DNA of 64,000 nt from Chloroflexota bacterium (GTDB lineage: Bacteria; Chloroflexota; Chloroflexia; QHBQ01). Shown here in pieces: positions 25,102 through 33,969 of this stretch. Both the position numbers and the translations under genes were made by a program. How positions within the stretch are numbered: the stretch's first letter is position 1; every line of letters starts with the position of its first letter. Under the pieces are notes generated by a model. The model ran no database searches and was not told where the DNA came from. It saw only the letters and a list, made by a program, of their open reading frames with translations. Location: contig JAYUUN010000071.1 in NCBI GenBank assembly GCA_043754535.1, forward strand, positions 24,115 to 88,114, read 5' to 3'.

Positions 25102-26616
25102 ATGATAGAGTTGGTGGCGAAGCAGCGGGTTGACCAGCGGGCGGTTGTTTGCTGGCTATATGGCGGCTTGAGCCTCACCCTCTACCTGGCAATCACCCTA
25201 CGCTACCCACTCTGGCGATACATTACCCAGCCCCTGCTAGATGTGGGCAAGGTCGAGCGGTACGACAAGACGGCAGGGTTCACCCTGGTAGCAGCCTGGG
25301 CTGTCCTGTTCCTCATCTACCTGCGCGTGCTGTTCCTCGCGCCAGCGGGTAAGGTGGGCAGCGGCCTGCGTGACGCGCTGGTGCTGCTGCCCCTCATGTT
25401 CTTCCTCGTGCAGCTTGGCAGCCACTACATCCTCGCCAACGACATCACCGATTACATCATGCGCGGGCGGATCAGCAGCGTCTACGGCCAGAACCCCTTC
25501 GCCGTCCTACCTACTGTCTTCAAGGACGACCCCTTCTTCCCCTTCACCAACCCGCAATCCTACACCGCCACCAGCTACTACGGCCCAGTCTGGGAAGCAG
25601 TCGCGGCGGCGGTGACAAAGCTGGCCGGTAATGGGCTGCTAGCGAACTACCTGGCCTTCAAGTTGCTGGCCGTCGCTGCTTACCTCGGCAACGGCTGGCT
25701 GCTCTATCTACTACTCCGTCGCGAGCAGCCACAGTGGGTCTGGCGCGGTCTCACCTTCTACCTTTGGAACCCACTAGCCGTCTTCGAGGTGGCCGCCAAC
25801 GCGCACAACGACCCGCTGATGATCACCCCAGTGCTGCTGGCTCTGCTAGTGGTCAGCCGCGGGCGCGAACGCTGGCGTGGGCCGCTGGCTTCCTTCTGGC
25901 TGGCGGTCGGTACCCTGGTCAAGTTCCTGCCGCTGCTGCTGCTCCCTCTCTTTTGGCTAGACGGCCTGCGCGACCGGGCTGCCAGCCCGCTGCGCCGCGC
26001 CCAGGTTCTCTACCTCAGCGTGGTGGTGGCAGCCAGTTCCCTCCTGCTAGCCTACTTGCCAGTCTGGCACGGGCCACAGACGCTCTGGCTGGAGAAAAGG
26101 GCAGAGATATACACGGTATCGCTCCCCACCGCCCTCAAGTCCTGGTTCGAGCAAGGCGGGATGCAGTGGCGCGATGCAGCGCACCTGGTCAGCGGCATCG
26201 CCACCTTGCTGCTCGCTCTCTGGCTCGGCTACCAAATGCTCCGCCTCTGGCGCGGCAGCACGACACTGGTGGGAGCTTGCTTTGAAGTATTCTTCTTCTA
26301 CCTGCTGTTCTGTTGCCTCTGGTTCCAGCCCTGGTATCTCCTCTGGCTGATCACCCTCGGCGCACTGTTGCCCGGCTGGTGGGTTGTTGCCCGCGTGGTC
26401 GCCTTCTGCGCCTTGAGCATGAGCATCTACGCCGTGTGGTGGCTGCAAATCTTCTTTGTGCGCCCCAACCAGTATACCTACATGGATGCAGAGTGGCTGT
26501 CGATCTGGCTACTCTACCCCTTGCCGCTGCTCCTCTGGTTTGGCTGGCTGCTGCACGAGCATTGGCCGGGCAAGCAGCGGACGGCTGGGCTTGTCGTTGA
26601 AGGAGATACTGGGTGA
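25102..26616 (+). CDS. Polytopic GT-C-fold membrane glycosyltransferase (DUF2029/GT87-like)
   Basis: 504 aa, about 12 TM helices. Features typical of polyprenyl-phosphate-sugar-dependent mannosyltransferase-like proteins (...WNPLAVFEVAANAHNDPLMI...). GGTAGGAG Shine-Dalgarno. Confidence 0.55.
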   Translation: MIELVAKQRVDQRAVVCWLYGGLSLTLYLAITLRYPLWRYITQPLLDVGKVERYDKTAGFTLVAAWAVLFLIYLRVLFLAPAGKVGSGLRDALVLLPLMFFLVQLGSHYILANDITDYIMRGRISSVYGQNPFAVLPTVFKDDPFFPFTNPQSYTATSYYGPVWEAVAAAVTKLAGNGLLANYLAFKLLAVAAYLGNGWLLYLLLRREQPQWVWRGLTFYLWNPLAVFEVAANAHNDPLMITPVLLALLVVSRGRERWRGPLASFWLAVGTLVKFLPLLLLPLFWLDGLRDRAASPLRRAQVLYLSVVVAASSLLLAYLPVWHGPQTLWLEKRAEIYTVSLPTALKSWFEQGGMQWRDAAHLVSGIATLLLALWLGYQMLRLWRGSTTLVGACFEVFFFYLLFCCLWFQPWYLLWLITLGALLPGWWVVARVVAFCALSMSIYAVWWLQIFFVRPNQYTYMDAEWLSIWLLYPLPLLLWFGWLLHEHWPGKQRTAGLVVEGDTG

Positions 26617-26629
26617 GCGGGCGTAGCTT

Positions 26630-27757
26630 TTACTGCTCTGTCTCTTGTGCGCCGTTGTGGGTCTGGTTAGCCTTCGCCTTGCGCCGCTGTTGCAGCTTGC
26701 TGAGGCTGGCAGTGTGGGCGCGTACTACCGCGCCGATCTCCACATCCTCGCGCTGCTGGGCGGCCTGGTAGTCGGGGCCAGCGGTGCGGCGACGGCGCAA
26801 TACCAATGGAGCAACGGCGGCCACGTCGCTGCTGCTCACCTCTGTGCGCTCGTCCAGGGCGGCATAGGCACGGGCTGCCTCGAACAGCACGATCTCAGTG
26901 CGGTGCGACTCGATGCCTAGCTGCTGGATCACCGCTATCGCTGCCGCCCCTGCCGCGGCCCCCACCTTCACCTGCGCCAGCCTGGAGCGGGCCTGGGTGA
27001 TCGCCGCCTGTACCAGCGCGGTCTGCCCCGCATAGCTGGCGCGGAAGCCCTCCGGGTTGTCCTGGTAGGCACTGAAGCGGCGGTAAACTTCTAGCCGCTC
27101 CTCTACCGTGGCAACCGGGTTGACGTAGACGCGCAGACCTATGCGATCCAGCAGTTGTGGGCGCAGATCGCCCTCCTCTGGGTTCATCGAGCTGACCAGG
27201 GTGAACCGCGAGGGGTAGCTACCAACCACCAGCCCACGCCGCACCACCGTGTAGCCGGTCGCGGCTGCGTCTATGATCGCGTTTAGCACATCACTGCCCA
27301 GCAGGTTTATCTCGTCAATGTAGAGGATGTTGTTGTTGGCATAACTGAGGATGCCTGGTTCAAAGCGCAGGCGGCGTTGCTCGACCTCCAGACGGCGGTT
27401 CGCCCCACCTACTACGTCCTCCACCCCAACATTGAGCGGCAGTTCGACCAATCGCTGCTGCATATCGGTGGCGATCTCCTCGCCCTGGGCCAGGCGGTCG
27501 CGGCAGGAGGCACAGACCAGTTCGGGAGCGGTCAGCAGGTATTCGGGGCGGCAGCCGAGGCCGTTGGCGCAGGTACTAACGTTGACCGTTGGCAGAATCT
27601 CGACCAGGCCACGCACTGCGCTCGTCTTACCCGTCCCCTTCGCGCCCAACAGCAGCACGCCCTGCACTCGCGGGTTGACCGCCGCCAGGATCAGCGCGTC
27701 TTTCATTTCCTCTTGCCCAACCACGGCAACAAACGGATAGCGGCTCTCCTGTAGCAT
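26630..27757 (-). CDS. ChlI/BchI-family AAA+ ATPase (Mg-chelatase subunit I-like), orphan, with a 4-Cys insertion
   Basis: YPFVAVVGQEEMKDALILAAVNPRVQGVLLLGAKGTGKTSAVRGL, YIDEINLL and NPEEGDLRPQLLDRIGL match BchI/ChlI. An insertion reads STCANGLGCRPEYLLTAPELVCASCRD. No ChlD/ChlH or vWA partner is present in the window. Confidence 0.8.
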   Translation of the reverse strand: MLQESRYPFVAVVGQEEMKDALILAAVNPRVQGVLLLGAKGTGKTSAVRGLVEILPTVNVSTCANGLGCRPEYLLTAPELVCASCRDRLAQGEEIATDMQQRLVELPLNVGVEDVVGGANRRLEVEQRRLRFEPGILSYANNNILYIDEINLLGSDVLNAIIDAAATGYTVVRRGLVVGSYPSRFTLVSSMNPEEGDLRPQLLDRIGLRVYVNPVATVEERLEVYRRFSAYQDNPEGFRASYAGQTALVQAAITQARSRLAQVKVGAAAGAAAIAVIQQLGIESHRTEIVLFEAARAYAALDERTEVSSSDVAAVAPLVLRRRRTAGPDYQAAQQREDVEIGAVVRAHTASLSKLQQRRKAKANQTHNGAQETEQ

Positions 27758-27784
27758 CCAACCCTCCTCGCTTCAGTATAGCAT

Positions 27785-27793
27785 ATTGGGCTT
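27785..27793 (-). promoter_or_regulatory. Putative extended -10 promoter (TGcTATACT) for the ChlI-like gene
   Basis: The reverse complement reads aataTGcTATACTgaagcGAGGAGGgttggATG. The leader is very short. Confidence 0.4.
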
Positions 27794-27850
27794 GACTTTG
27801 CCTCCCTGCTGTGATAAGCTACCGCCAGCTTTAGCCGTGTAGATAGGAGC

Positions 27851-28645
27851 ATGATCGGTTTGGTCAACGAAGAACGCCCGCGCCTCAGCGTGGTCATCCC
27901 CATGTACAATGAAGAACTACGCATCAGCAGTAGCCTGCACCGCCTGACCGAGTACCTCAGAGGGCAGCATTACAGCTACGAAGTGCTGTTGGTGGATGAC
28001 GGCAGCAGCGACCGCAGCATTGAGGTGGCGAAACAGGAACTGGGTGAGGTGCCAAGCCTACGCGTGCTTGCTAGCGACCGCAACTACGGCAAGGGCCACG
28101 CCGTTCGGGTAGGGATGCTCAGCGCGAAGGGTGACTACATCCTCTTTACCGACGCTGACCTCTCCACCCCGATTGAGGAGTTGGACAAGTTCTGGCCCTG
28201 GCTAGAGCAGGACTACGACGCGGTGATCGGTTCACGCAAGATGAAGGGGGCCGAGATCGTCCGCCACCAACCCTGGCTACGCGAGAACATGGGCAAAGTC
28301 TTTACCTGGCTGACCAACCGTTTGATCACCCGCAACCTGACTGACCTCACCTGTGGCTTCAAGAGCTTCAGCCGGGCTGCCGCCCAGGACATCTTCAGCC
28401 GCCAGACGCTCAACGACTGGAGCTTTGATGCTGAAGTGCTGTTCATTGCCCAACGACGCGGCCTAAGGATCAAGGAAGTTCCTGTGCGCTGGCACGACGA
28501 GCGTGGCACAAAGGTGCGCCTGCTGCGCGATGTTGCCCGCTCGCTACAAGGACTGTACAAGATCAGGGCGAACAACCTGCGCGGGCTGTATGGCCGCAAT
28601 GTGCGCCCCAATCCTCAGCCTGCCCAACCAGAGCGCAAGGACTGA
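27851..28645 (+). CDS. GT2-family polyprenyl/dolichyl-phosphate glycosyltransferase (Ppm1/DPM/DPG-synthase-like)
   Basis: LSVVIPMYNEELRI...YEVLLVDDGSSDRS...ILFTDADLSTP...DLTCGFK. This is the GT-A DxD architecture typical of polyprenol-phosphate sugar synthases. Confidence 0.8.
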   Translation: MIGLVNEERPRLSVVIPMYNEELRISSSLHRLTEYLRGQHYSYEVLLVDDGSSDRSIEVAKQELGEVPSLRVLASDRNYGKGHAVRVGMLSAKGDYILFTDADLSTPIEELDKFWPWLEQDYDAVIGSRKMKGAEIVRHQPWLRENMGKVFTWLTNRLITRNLTDLTCGFKSFSRAAAQDIFSRQTLNDWSFDAEVLFIAQRRGLRIKEVPVRWHDERGTKVRLLRDVARSLQGLYKIRANNLRGLYGRNVRPNPQPAQPERKD

Positions 28646-28665
28646 CTCGCCGCTGGCGAACTAGC

Positions 28666-28698
28666 AAGCCCCTCCAATTCGTTGATGGAGGGGCTTTT
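28666..28698 (+). terminator. Intrinsic terminator after the GT2 gene
   Basis: 11-bp stem aagcccctcca / tggaggggctt followed by TTTTGG. Confidence 0.7.
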
Positions 28699-28849
28699 GG
28701 CTACTAGCGGCCCGCAAGATGCAGCCGCTTCGCCTACCTTCACGCAGCCACTACTGCCTGACAACCGTGAAGACTTACGCCTACCACTTCCCCAGCCCCG
28801 CCCCCCTGACCGTAGGCGGAGAATTGGTACGCACAAGCCAGCAAGTTGG

Positions 28850-28879
28850 TTCCAAAACTGCCAGATGTTGGCATATAAT
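28850..28879 (+). promoter_or_regulatory. Putative promoter TTCCAA-18-TATAAT for the GlsB/YeaQ-like gene, giving a roughly 120-nt CA-rich leader
   Basis: gTTCCAAaactgccagatgttggcaTATAATttg. The -35 element is weak. Confidence 0.35.
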
Positions 28880-29002
28880 TTGCATAACAAATATGGCGAG
28901 CGCAAGTTATATCTGGTGCAAGCGGCAAGGAAGACGGCAACGTGGGGAAAGCCGCAAACGTAAGCGAAGTAACAAAACAAACACACAACAAGGAGGCTTA
29001 AG

Positions 29003-29293
29003 ATGTTGGAAGTTTTCGCTATCAACTACGGGGTGGGTCTCATCGGCTGGATCATCGCTGGTGCGGTTGGCGGTTGGCTGGCCGGTCAGGTCCGCAAGGG
29101 CGGCAGCTACGGCCTGATTGGCAATGTCGTGGTCGGCATCATTGGCGCACTGCTGCTCGGCGTTCTCCTCAACGCTCTCAACCTCTTCAAGGATGAGAAC
29201 ACGGGCTTGATCGGCACTATCGCTGCTGCCTTCGTTGGCGCGCTGTTGCTGACGACCATCGTCAACGCGATAACGGGCCAGCGCAAGGTCTAG
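29003..29293 (+). CDS. GlsB/YeaQ/YmgE-family (transglycosylase-associated) small stress membrane protein
   Basis: 96 aa. GLIGWIIAGAVGGWLAGQV...GLIGNVVVGIIGALLLGVLL is the family's Gly-zipper pattern. AAGGAGG Shine-Dalgarno. Confidence 0.8.
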   Translation: MLEVFAINYGVGLIGWIIAGAVGGWLAGQVRKGGSYGLIGNVVVGIIGALLLGVLLNALNLFKDENTGLIGTIAAAFVGALLLTTIVNAITGQRKV

Positions 29294-29384
29294 CCTCATC
29301 GCTGGAGCAAGCACAATGCAGGTAGCCGCCTCCTTTTGGGGGCGGCTCTTTACTTGCCCGCTGACAATATGGTATGATCGGCGC

Positions 29385-31523
29385 ATGATCGAGCCAGTGG
29401 ATGGGCAAGCCGAGGTTAGCATCGTGGTGGTAAGCTGGAACGTGGCAGCCCTGCTGCGCCGCTGCCTCACTAGTTGCTACGCGCAAGCAGTGGCGGTCGA
29501 AGTGGTAGTGGTGGACAACGCCAGTGCGGATGGCAGCCCCACGCTCGTCAGCCACGAGTTCCCGCAGGCAATGCTGATCGCCAACCGCGACAACCGCGGC
29601 TTTCCAGCAGCAGTAAACCAGGGGATCGCCGCCACTACTGCCCCCTACGTCTTGATCCTCAACCCCGATGCGGCATTGCAGCCTGGTAGCCTCGCCCTGC
29701 TACTTGCCCACTTGCGGGCCAACCCACAGCTAGGCATGGTCGGCCCACGCCTGCGCTACCCCAACGGCACGGCTCAGAGTTCCCGCCGCCGCTTCCCTAC
29801 CTTCACCACGCTGCTGATCGAGAGTACCCCCCTGCAACCGCTATTTGCCCGCTCTGGCCTGCTACGCCACTTCTACTGCGCTGACCAGGCCGACGAGGTG
29901 GCGCAGGAGGTGGACTGGCTGACCGGCGCGTGTCTGCTGCTGCGCCGCGAGGCTATCCAACAGGTAGGAGGTCTGGACGAGGGCTTCTTTATGTACAGTG
30001 AGGAGGTAGACTGGGCGCGGCGGCTGAAGCAGGCAGGCTGGGCGGTTGCCTACCTGCCCACCGCTGAGGTAGTACACGCCGAGGGCCAGAGTAGCGGGCA
30101 GGCAACAGCTCGCCGCCAGATCAACTTCAACGTTAGCAAGGTGCGCTATGTCGCCAAGTGGCAGGGGGTTAGCCGCGCTCGCTGGCTGCGCCGCTGGTTG
30201 CTGCTGCTCGAAAGTGAACAGACCGCGCTTGAGGCGGCCAAGTGGCTGCTAGGCCACAAGCGACTGCTGCGCGCTGCCAGACTGCGGGCGGGACTGCAAG
30301 TGCTGGCGAACGGCTACCGCCACTACCTGCGGCCAGCGGCCAGCCCCAACCTCGCCCTACTCAGCGCAGAGTACCCGCCGCAACCGGGGGGAGTGGGCGA
30401 CTACACCCGCAAGCTGGCGGGCGAGTTGGCCGTCCCGGTGATTACCGCTGGCGCAGGTGGCAGGCTGGTCGTCAGGCAGCCACTTGGGCTAGAACCAGCA
30501 GATAGAGCGGCTGGCGCACCGCTCGCGGCTGCCTACGGCTGGGGGATGTTGGGCCAGGTGCATCGCCTACTGCTGCGCGAAAAAATCGACGCACTCAACA
30601 TCGAGTACCAGACCGGGGCGTATGCGATGCACCCAGCCATTAACCTGCTGCCCCTCTACCTCAAGCTGCGCGGCAATCCTGCCCGCACGGTGACGACCTT
30701 CCATGACCTGCTGCCTCCCTACCTGTTCCCCAAAGCGGGGCGGTTGCGATGGCTGGCGAACTGGCTGTTGCTCAAGTTCAGCGACGCAGCTATCGTCACT
30801 AACGCGCAGGACGTGGCGCAGGTGGGCGGCTGGGGGGCGAAGGTGCGCGTTATTCCCATTGGCAGCAACATTGCAGCCCGTAGGGTGACGGCTGACGAGC
30901 GCAGGGGCTGGCGGCTAGCACACAGGATAGCTGAGGGGGACACGTTGCTGGTCTATTTTGGCCTGCTCAACCAGAGCAAGGGGCTAGATACTATCCTACA
31001 CGCCCTGGCGCAGCTACCAGCTAGCTATCGGCTGGCAATAGTTGGGGGGGGGATTGGCGAGAGCGACGCGACCAATCGCCCCTTCGCTCGTTACATTGAG
31101 GAGCAGAGCAAGCGGTTGCAGCTTGATCAGCGTATAATGCGGAGCGGGCCGTTGCCAGAAGCAGCGGTCAGCGAGTGGCTACAAGCGGGCGACCTAGCTG
31201 CCCTCCCCTTCCGCGACGGCGCGAGTCTGCGGCGTGGTAGCCTACTAGCCTGCCTGGCGCACGGCCTGCCCACCGTCAGTACCCACCCCAATCCTCTCCC
31301 ACAAGGAGGGATGGAGGGGCTGCCAGAGTTGGTTGACGGTGAGAACGTGCTGCTGGTGGAGGCGGACGATGCCGCAGGGTTGGCGGCAGCGATCCAGCGG
31401 CTGGCGGGCGACGGTATACTGAGGGCAAAGCTGGCAGCGGGTGGGCGGCGGTTGGTCGCCAGCCTCGGCTGGGAGCATATCGCGGCCCAGGTGCGCGAAG
31501 TGATGCAAAGGTTAGCTACCTGA
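29385..31523 (+). CDS. Bifunctional glycosyltransferase: N-terminal GT2 (rhamnosyltransferase-like) fused to a C-terminal GT4/GT1-type domain
   Basis: N-terminal half: VSIVVVSWNVAALLRRCL...VVVVDNASADGS...NRGFPAAVNQG...FFMYSEEVDWARR. C-terminal half: ...LLVYFGLLNQSKGLD...LAIVGGG...PFRDGASLRRGSLLACLAHGLPTVST...ENVLLVE (GT-B EX7E-like region). The ATG at 29385 is preferred over 29316. Confidence 0.75.
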   Translation: MIEPVDGQAEVSIVVVSWNVAALLRRCLTSCYAQAVAVEVVVVDNASADGSPTLVSHEFPQAMLIANRDNRGFPAAVNQGIAATTAPYVLILNPDAALQPGSLALLLAHLRANPQLGMVGPRLRYPNGTAQSSRRRFPTFTTLLIESTPLQPLFARSGLLRHFYCADQADEVAQEVDWLTGACLLLRREAIQQVGGLDEGFFMYSEEVDWARRLKQAGWAVAYLPTAEVVHAEGQSSGQATARRQINFNVSKVRYVAKWQGVSRARWLRRWLLLLESEQTALEAAKWLLGHKRLLRAARLRAGLQVLANGYRHYLRPAASPNLALLSAEYPPQPGGVGDYTRKLAGELAVPVITAGAGGRLVVRQPLGLEPADRAAGAPLAAAYGWGMLGQVHRLLLREKIDALNIEYQTGAYAMHPAINLLPLYLKLRGNPARTVTTFHDLLPPYLFPKAGRLRWLANWLLLKFSDAAIVTNAQDVAQVGGWGAKVRVIPIGSNIAARRVTADERRGWRLAHRIAEGDTLLVYFGLLNQSKGLDTILHALAQLPASYRLAIVGGGIGESDATNRPFARYIEEQSKRLQLDQRIMRSGPLPEAAVSEWLQAGDLAALPFRDGASLRRGSLLACLAHGLPTVSTHPNPLPQGGMEGLPELVDGENVLLVEADDAAGLAAAIQRLAGDGILRAKLAAGGRRLVASLGWEHIAAQVREVMQRLAT

Positions 31524-31592
31524 ATGGGTTCAGGTGGTCGGAGGTTCAAATTGGCTGATCGGCTGAACAGTGTTGTGGTGCAGGAGAGTGGC

Positions 31593-33863
31593 ATGGCAGA
31601 CGAGCGTGGCACCCAGCTACCAGGACGGGCCGCGGCGGTGGGCCGCTGGTGGCCGCTGCTGGTGGTCGTACTGCTGACAGGGCTGGGTCTCTTTCTGCGC
31701 CGCTACCAGATTAACCAGCAGAGCTTCTGGTTTGATGAAGCGGACATGGTGGCGTTGGCGAAGGCCGACCTCGGCAGCCTGCTAACCGACTTTACCCAGG
31801 CCAGTGCGAATGGCCCCCTCTACACTCTGATCCTGCATGGCTGGATGCGCGTGTTTGGCGACAGTGAGGCGGCAGTGCGCGCCCTCAGTGCCTTGTTCGG
31901 CGCGGCCACCATCCCCCTGCTCTATGCCTTCGCTAGTGCGCTCTGGGGGAGGGCCGGACGTGTCAAGGCTTTGCTGGCAGCGGGCCTGCTAACGGTCGCT
32001 CCCTTCCACATCTGGTATTCGCAGGAAGCCAAGATGTACACCCTCGTCGTGCTGCTAACCCTGGCGAGTATGTACGCCTTCCTGCACGCCCTGCGCAGCA
32101 ACCGAGGCAGTGACTGGCTGCTCTACGTGCTGCTCACCTGGCTCAGTCTCTCCTCGCACGCGATGGCAGTGCTGGTGCTGGGCGCGCAGTTGAGCTACTA
32201 CCTGCTAGCGCACCTGCTGGCAAAGAAGCGGCTGGGCAAGAAGTGGGGGCTGGCAACCCTGCTGCTGCTGCTGCCCTTCGTGCCGATCCTGATTACCCGT
32301 GCCGAGTTCCTCTTTCGCAGCACCACTGTCAGCCGCTTCTACCAACCGACCAGCCTGCTAGAGATCGCGCAGACCGTGGTGGTCAAGTTCAGCCTCAACC
32401 AGCTACCAGCGGGCCGAGTGGTCTGGGAGACGGCTGGCGGGCTGCTCTTTGCTGCGCTGGTAGCGGTGGGGCTGCTACTACCGACCCTACAAGGGTTGCG
32501 TCAGCCAGCAGCCAGCCCCAGCCCCAGCCGAACCATCAGCAGCGCACACCTCACGCCCGCGATGGCGAAGGGGATCAGCAGCGACCCACGCCTGCCAACG
32601 GCAAAGCTCAACCCAACCCTGCTGCTAGCCTGCTACCTACTCGTGCCAATCATCCTGTTCTGGCTGCTGACCCTGCGCGCGCCGCTGTTCGAGGCCCGCT
32701 ACCTGATCGTCGCGCTACCGGCCTGGCTGCTACTGGTTGCTGATGGTGTGTTTGCGCTAGTCGGCAGGCAGCCCCAAGCGCAAGACCGAGAGGAGTCGGT
32801 CGCGCTGAGGGGTTTCAAGCTGCGCTGGCTCGCTCTGTTGGCGGTAGTGCCACTATTGGGCTTCTCGCTGTGGGCATTGGCGGGCTACAACTACAGCAAG
32901 GTGGCGACGAAGGAGGATTGGCGCGGGGCGATGTTGTACATCAAGACACACATGAGGGTGGGCGACACGATCATCGTCTATCCCGGCTACCTCAAGTCGG
33001 CTGTAGACTACTACATGATCCATGGGCCAGGGCCAGCCAACCTGCCGCAGGTGGTGGTCAACGGCATCGAGCCAAAGCTAGTGATCAGCGGCACCCAGCG
33101 CGAACTGGACAGCGCAGAGGCGGGGGTGATCAATGGCGCACGGCGCGCCTGGTTGCTGCAATCCCCTACCCGTGTGCGCCTGGAGGACAAGCGGCAGACG
33201 GATGAGCAGTGGGCTGGTTCGGTCTGGTGGTGGTTGAGCGGCAACTACATTCAGGAGGATAAGCGGGGCGAGTTCAGTGGGCTAGAGGTCTACAGCTTCA
33301 ACTTCAACGGCGTAGTTGGCAGCTACTACCCGCGCCCGCAAACTTACGCCGCCAACGTCTACAGCGCACCGAACGGCGACCGCCTGACCCTGCTCGGCTT
33401 CAACTACGAACCACGCGGGCAAGCCTGGCTGCCCTTCGCCCCAACTGACAACCTGACGCAGGGGGCTGGTACTAGCGTGACAACCACTCGCGCCGACTTC
33501 TTCCCGCTCGTCCTCTACTGGCGGGTAGACAACCAGGCGAGCGGCAAGCCAGCCTTGCAGGGCAGCTACACGATGAACGTGCAACTGGTGGACGCAGCAG
33601 GCAAGCCAGTGACCAGCCAACTGCCACTGCCCCCCTTCGGCGGCTATCAGCAGACAGCAGGCTGGCGGTTGGCCGAGACCTTCACCGACTTCCGCGACAT
33701 CTGGGTAGGCGGCAATACTGCTCCCGGTAACTACCGCCTGGCGGTCAGCGTCTACGCCAACGGCCAGCCCGACCAGCTACTAACCGCCAGCGACAGCGAG
33801 GGTCACCCACTAGGCACCGCCCCTACTCTCAGCCGCACAGTCAAGGTCGTGCCAGAGAAGTAG
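31593..33863 (+). CDS. GT-C glycosyltransferase of the PMT_2/GT39 (ArnT/protein-O-mannosyltransferase-like) type with a large C-terminal extracytoplasmic domain
   Basis: LFLRRYQINQQSFWFDEADMV...GDSEAAVRALSALFGAATIPLLY...IWYSQEAKMYTL is the typical first-loop DE motif and core of PMT_2 proteins. About 11 TM helices are followed by a roughly 330-aa soluble domain. The ATG at 31593 has a GGAGAG Shine-Dalgarno. Confidence 0.75.
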   Translation: MADERGTQLPGRAAAVGRWWPLLVVVLLTGLGLFLRRYQINQQSFWFDEADMVALAKADLGSLLTDFTQASANGPLYTLILHGWMRVFGDSEAAVRALSALFGAATIPLLYAFASALWGRAGRVKALLAAGLLTVAPFHIWYSQEAKMYTLVVLLTLASMYAFLHALRSNRGSDWLLYVLLTWLSLSSHAMAVLVLGAQLSYYLLAHLLAKKRLGKKWGLATLLLLLPFVPILITRAEFLFRSTTVSRFYQPTSLLEIAQTVVVKFSLNQLPAGRVVWETAGGLLFAALVAVGLLLPTLQGLRQPAASPSPSRTISSAHLTPAMAKGISSDPRLPTAKLNPTLLLACYLLVPIILFWLLTLRAPLFEARYLIVALPAWLLLVADGVFALVGRQPQAQDREESVALRGFKLRWLALLAVVPLLGFSLWALAGYNYSKVATKEDWRGAMLYIKTHMRVGDTIIVYPGYLKSAVDYYMIHGPGPANLPQVVVNGIEPKLVISGTQRELDSAEAGVINGARRAWLLQSPTRVRLEDKRQTDEQWAGSVWWWLSGNYIQEDKRGEFSGLEVYSFNFNGVVGSYYPRPQTYAANVYSAPNGDRLTLLGFNYEPRGQAWLPFAPTDNLTQGAGTSVTTTRADFFPLVLYWRVDNQASGKPALQGSYTMNVQLVDAAGKPVTSQLPLPPFGGYQQTAGWRLAETFTDFRDIWVGGNTAPGNYRLAVSVYANGQPDQLLTASDSEGHPLGTAPTLSRTVKVVPEK

Positions 33864-33886
33864 AAGGGGATGAGCTGACAGCAAGA

Positions 33887-33912
33887 GGGGCGTATCCGGT
33901 TGGATGCACCCC
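33887..33912. terminator. Candidate bidirectional stem-loop between convergent genes
   Basis: ggggcgtatcc-ggtt-ggatgcacccc, an 11-bp stem with one mismatch and one G-U pair. Confidence 0.35.
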
Positions 33913-33969
33913 CTGGTTGTTGCTCCCTGGGTTGGCAGGCTGCTACCTGAGGGAGTCTCATGGTCGCAC

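Noticed and set aside
26630-27757. BchI/ChlI homolog read as evidence that the organism is a phototroph, or that a bacteriochlorophyll cluster is present.
   Set aside because: No bchD/bchH or any other bch/chl, reaction-centre or antenna gene is in the window. Stand-alone ChlI-like AAA+ ATPases occur in non-phototrophs.
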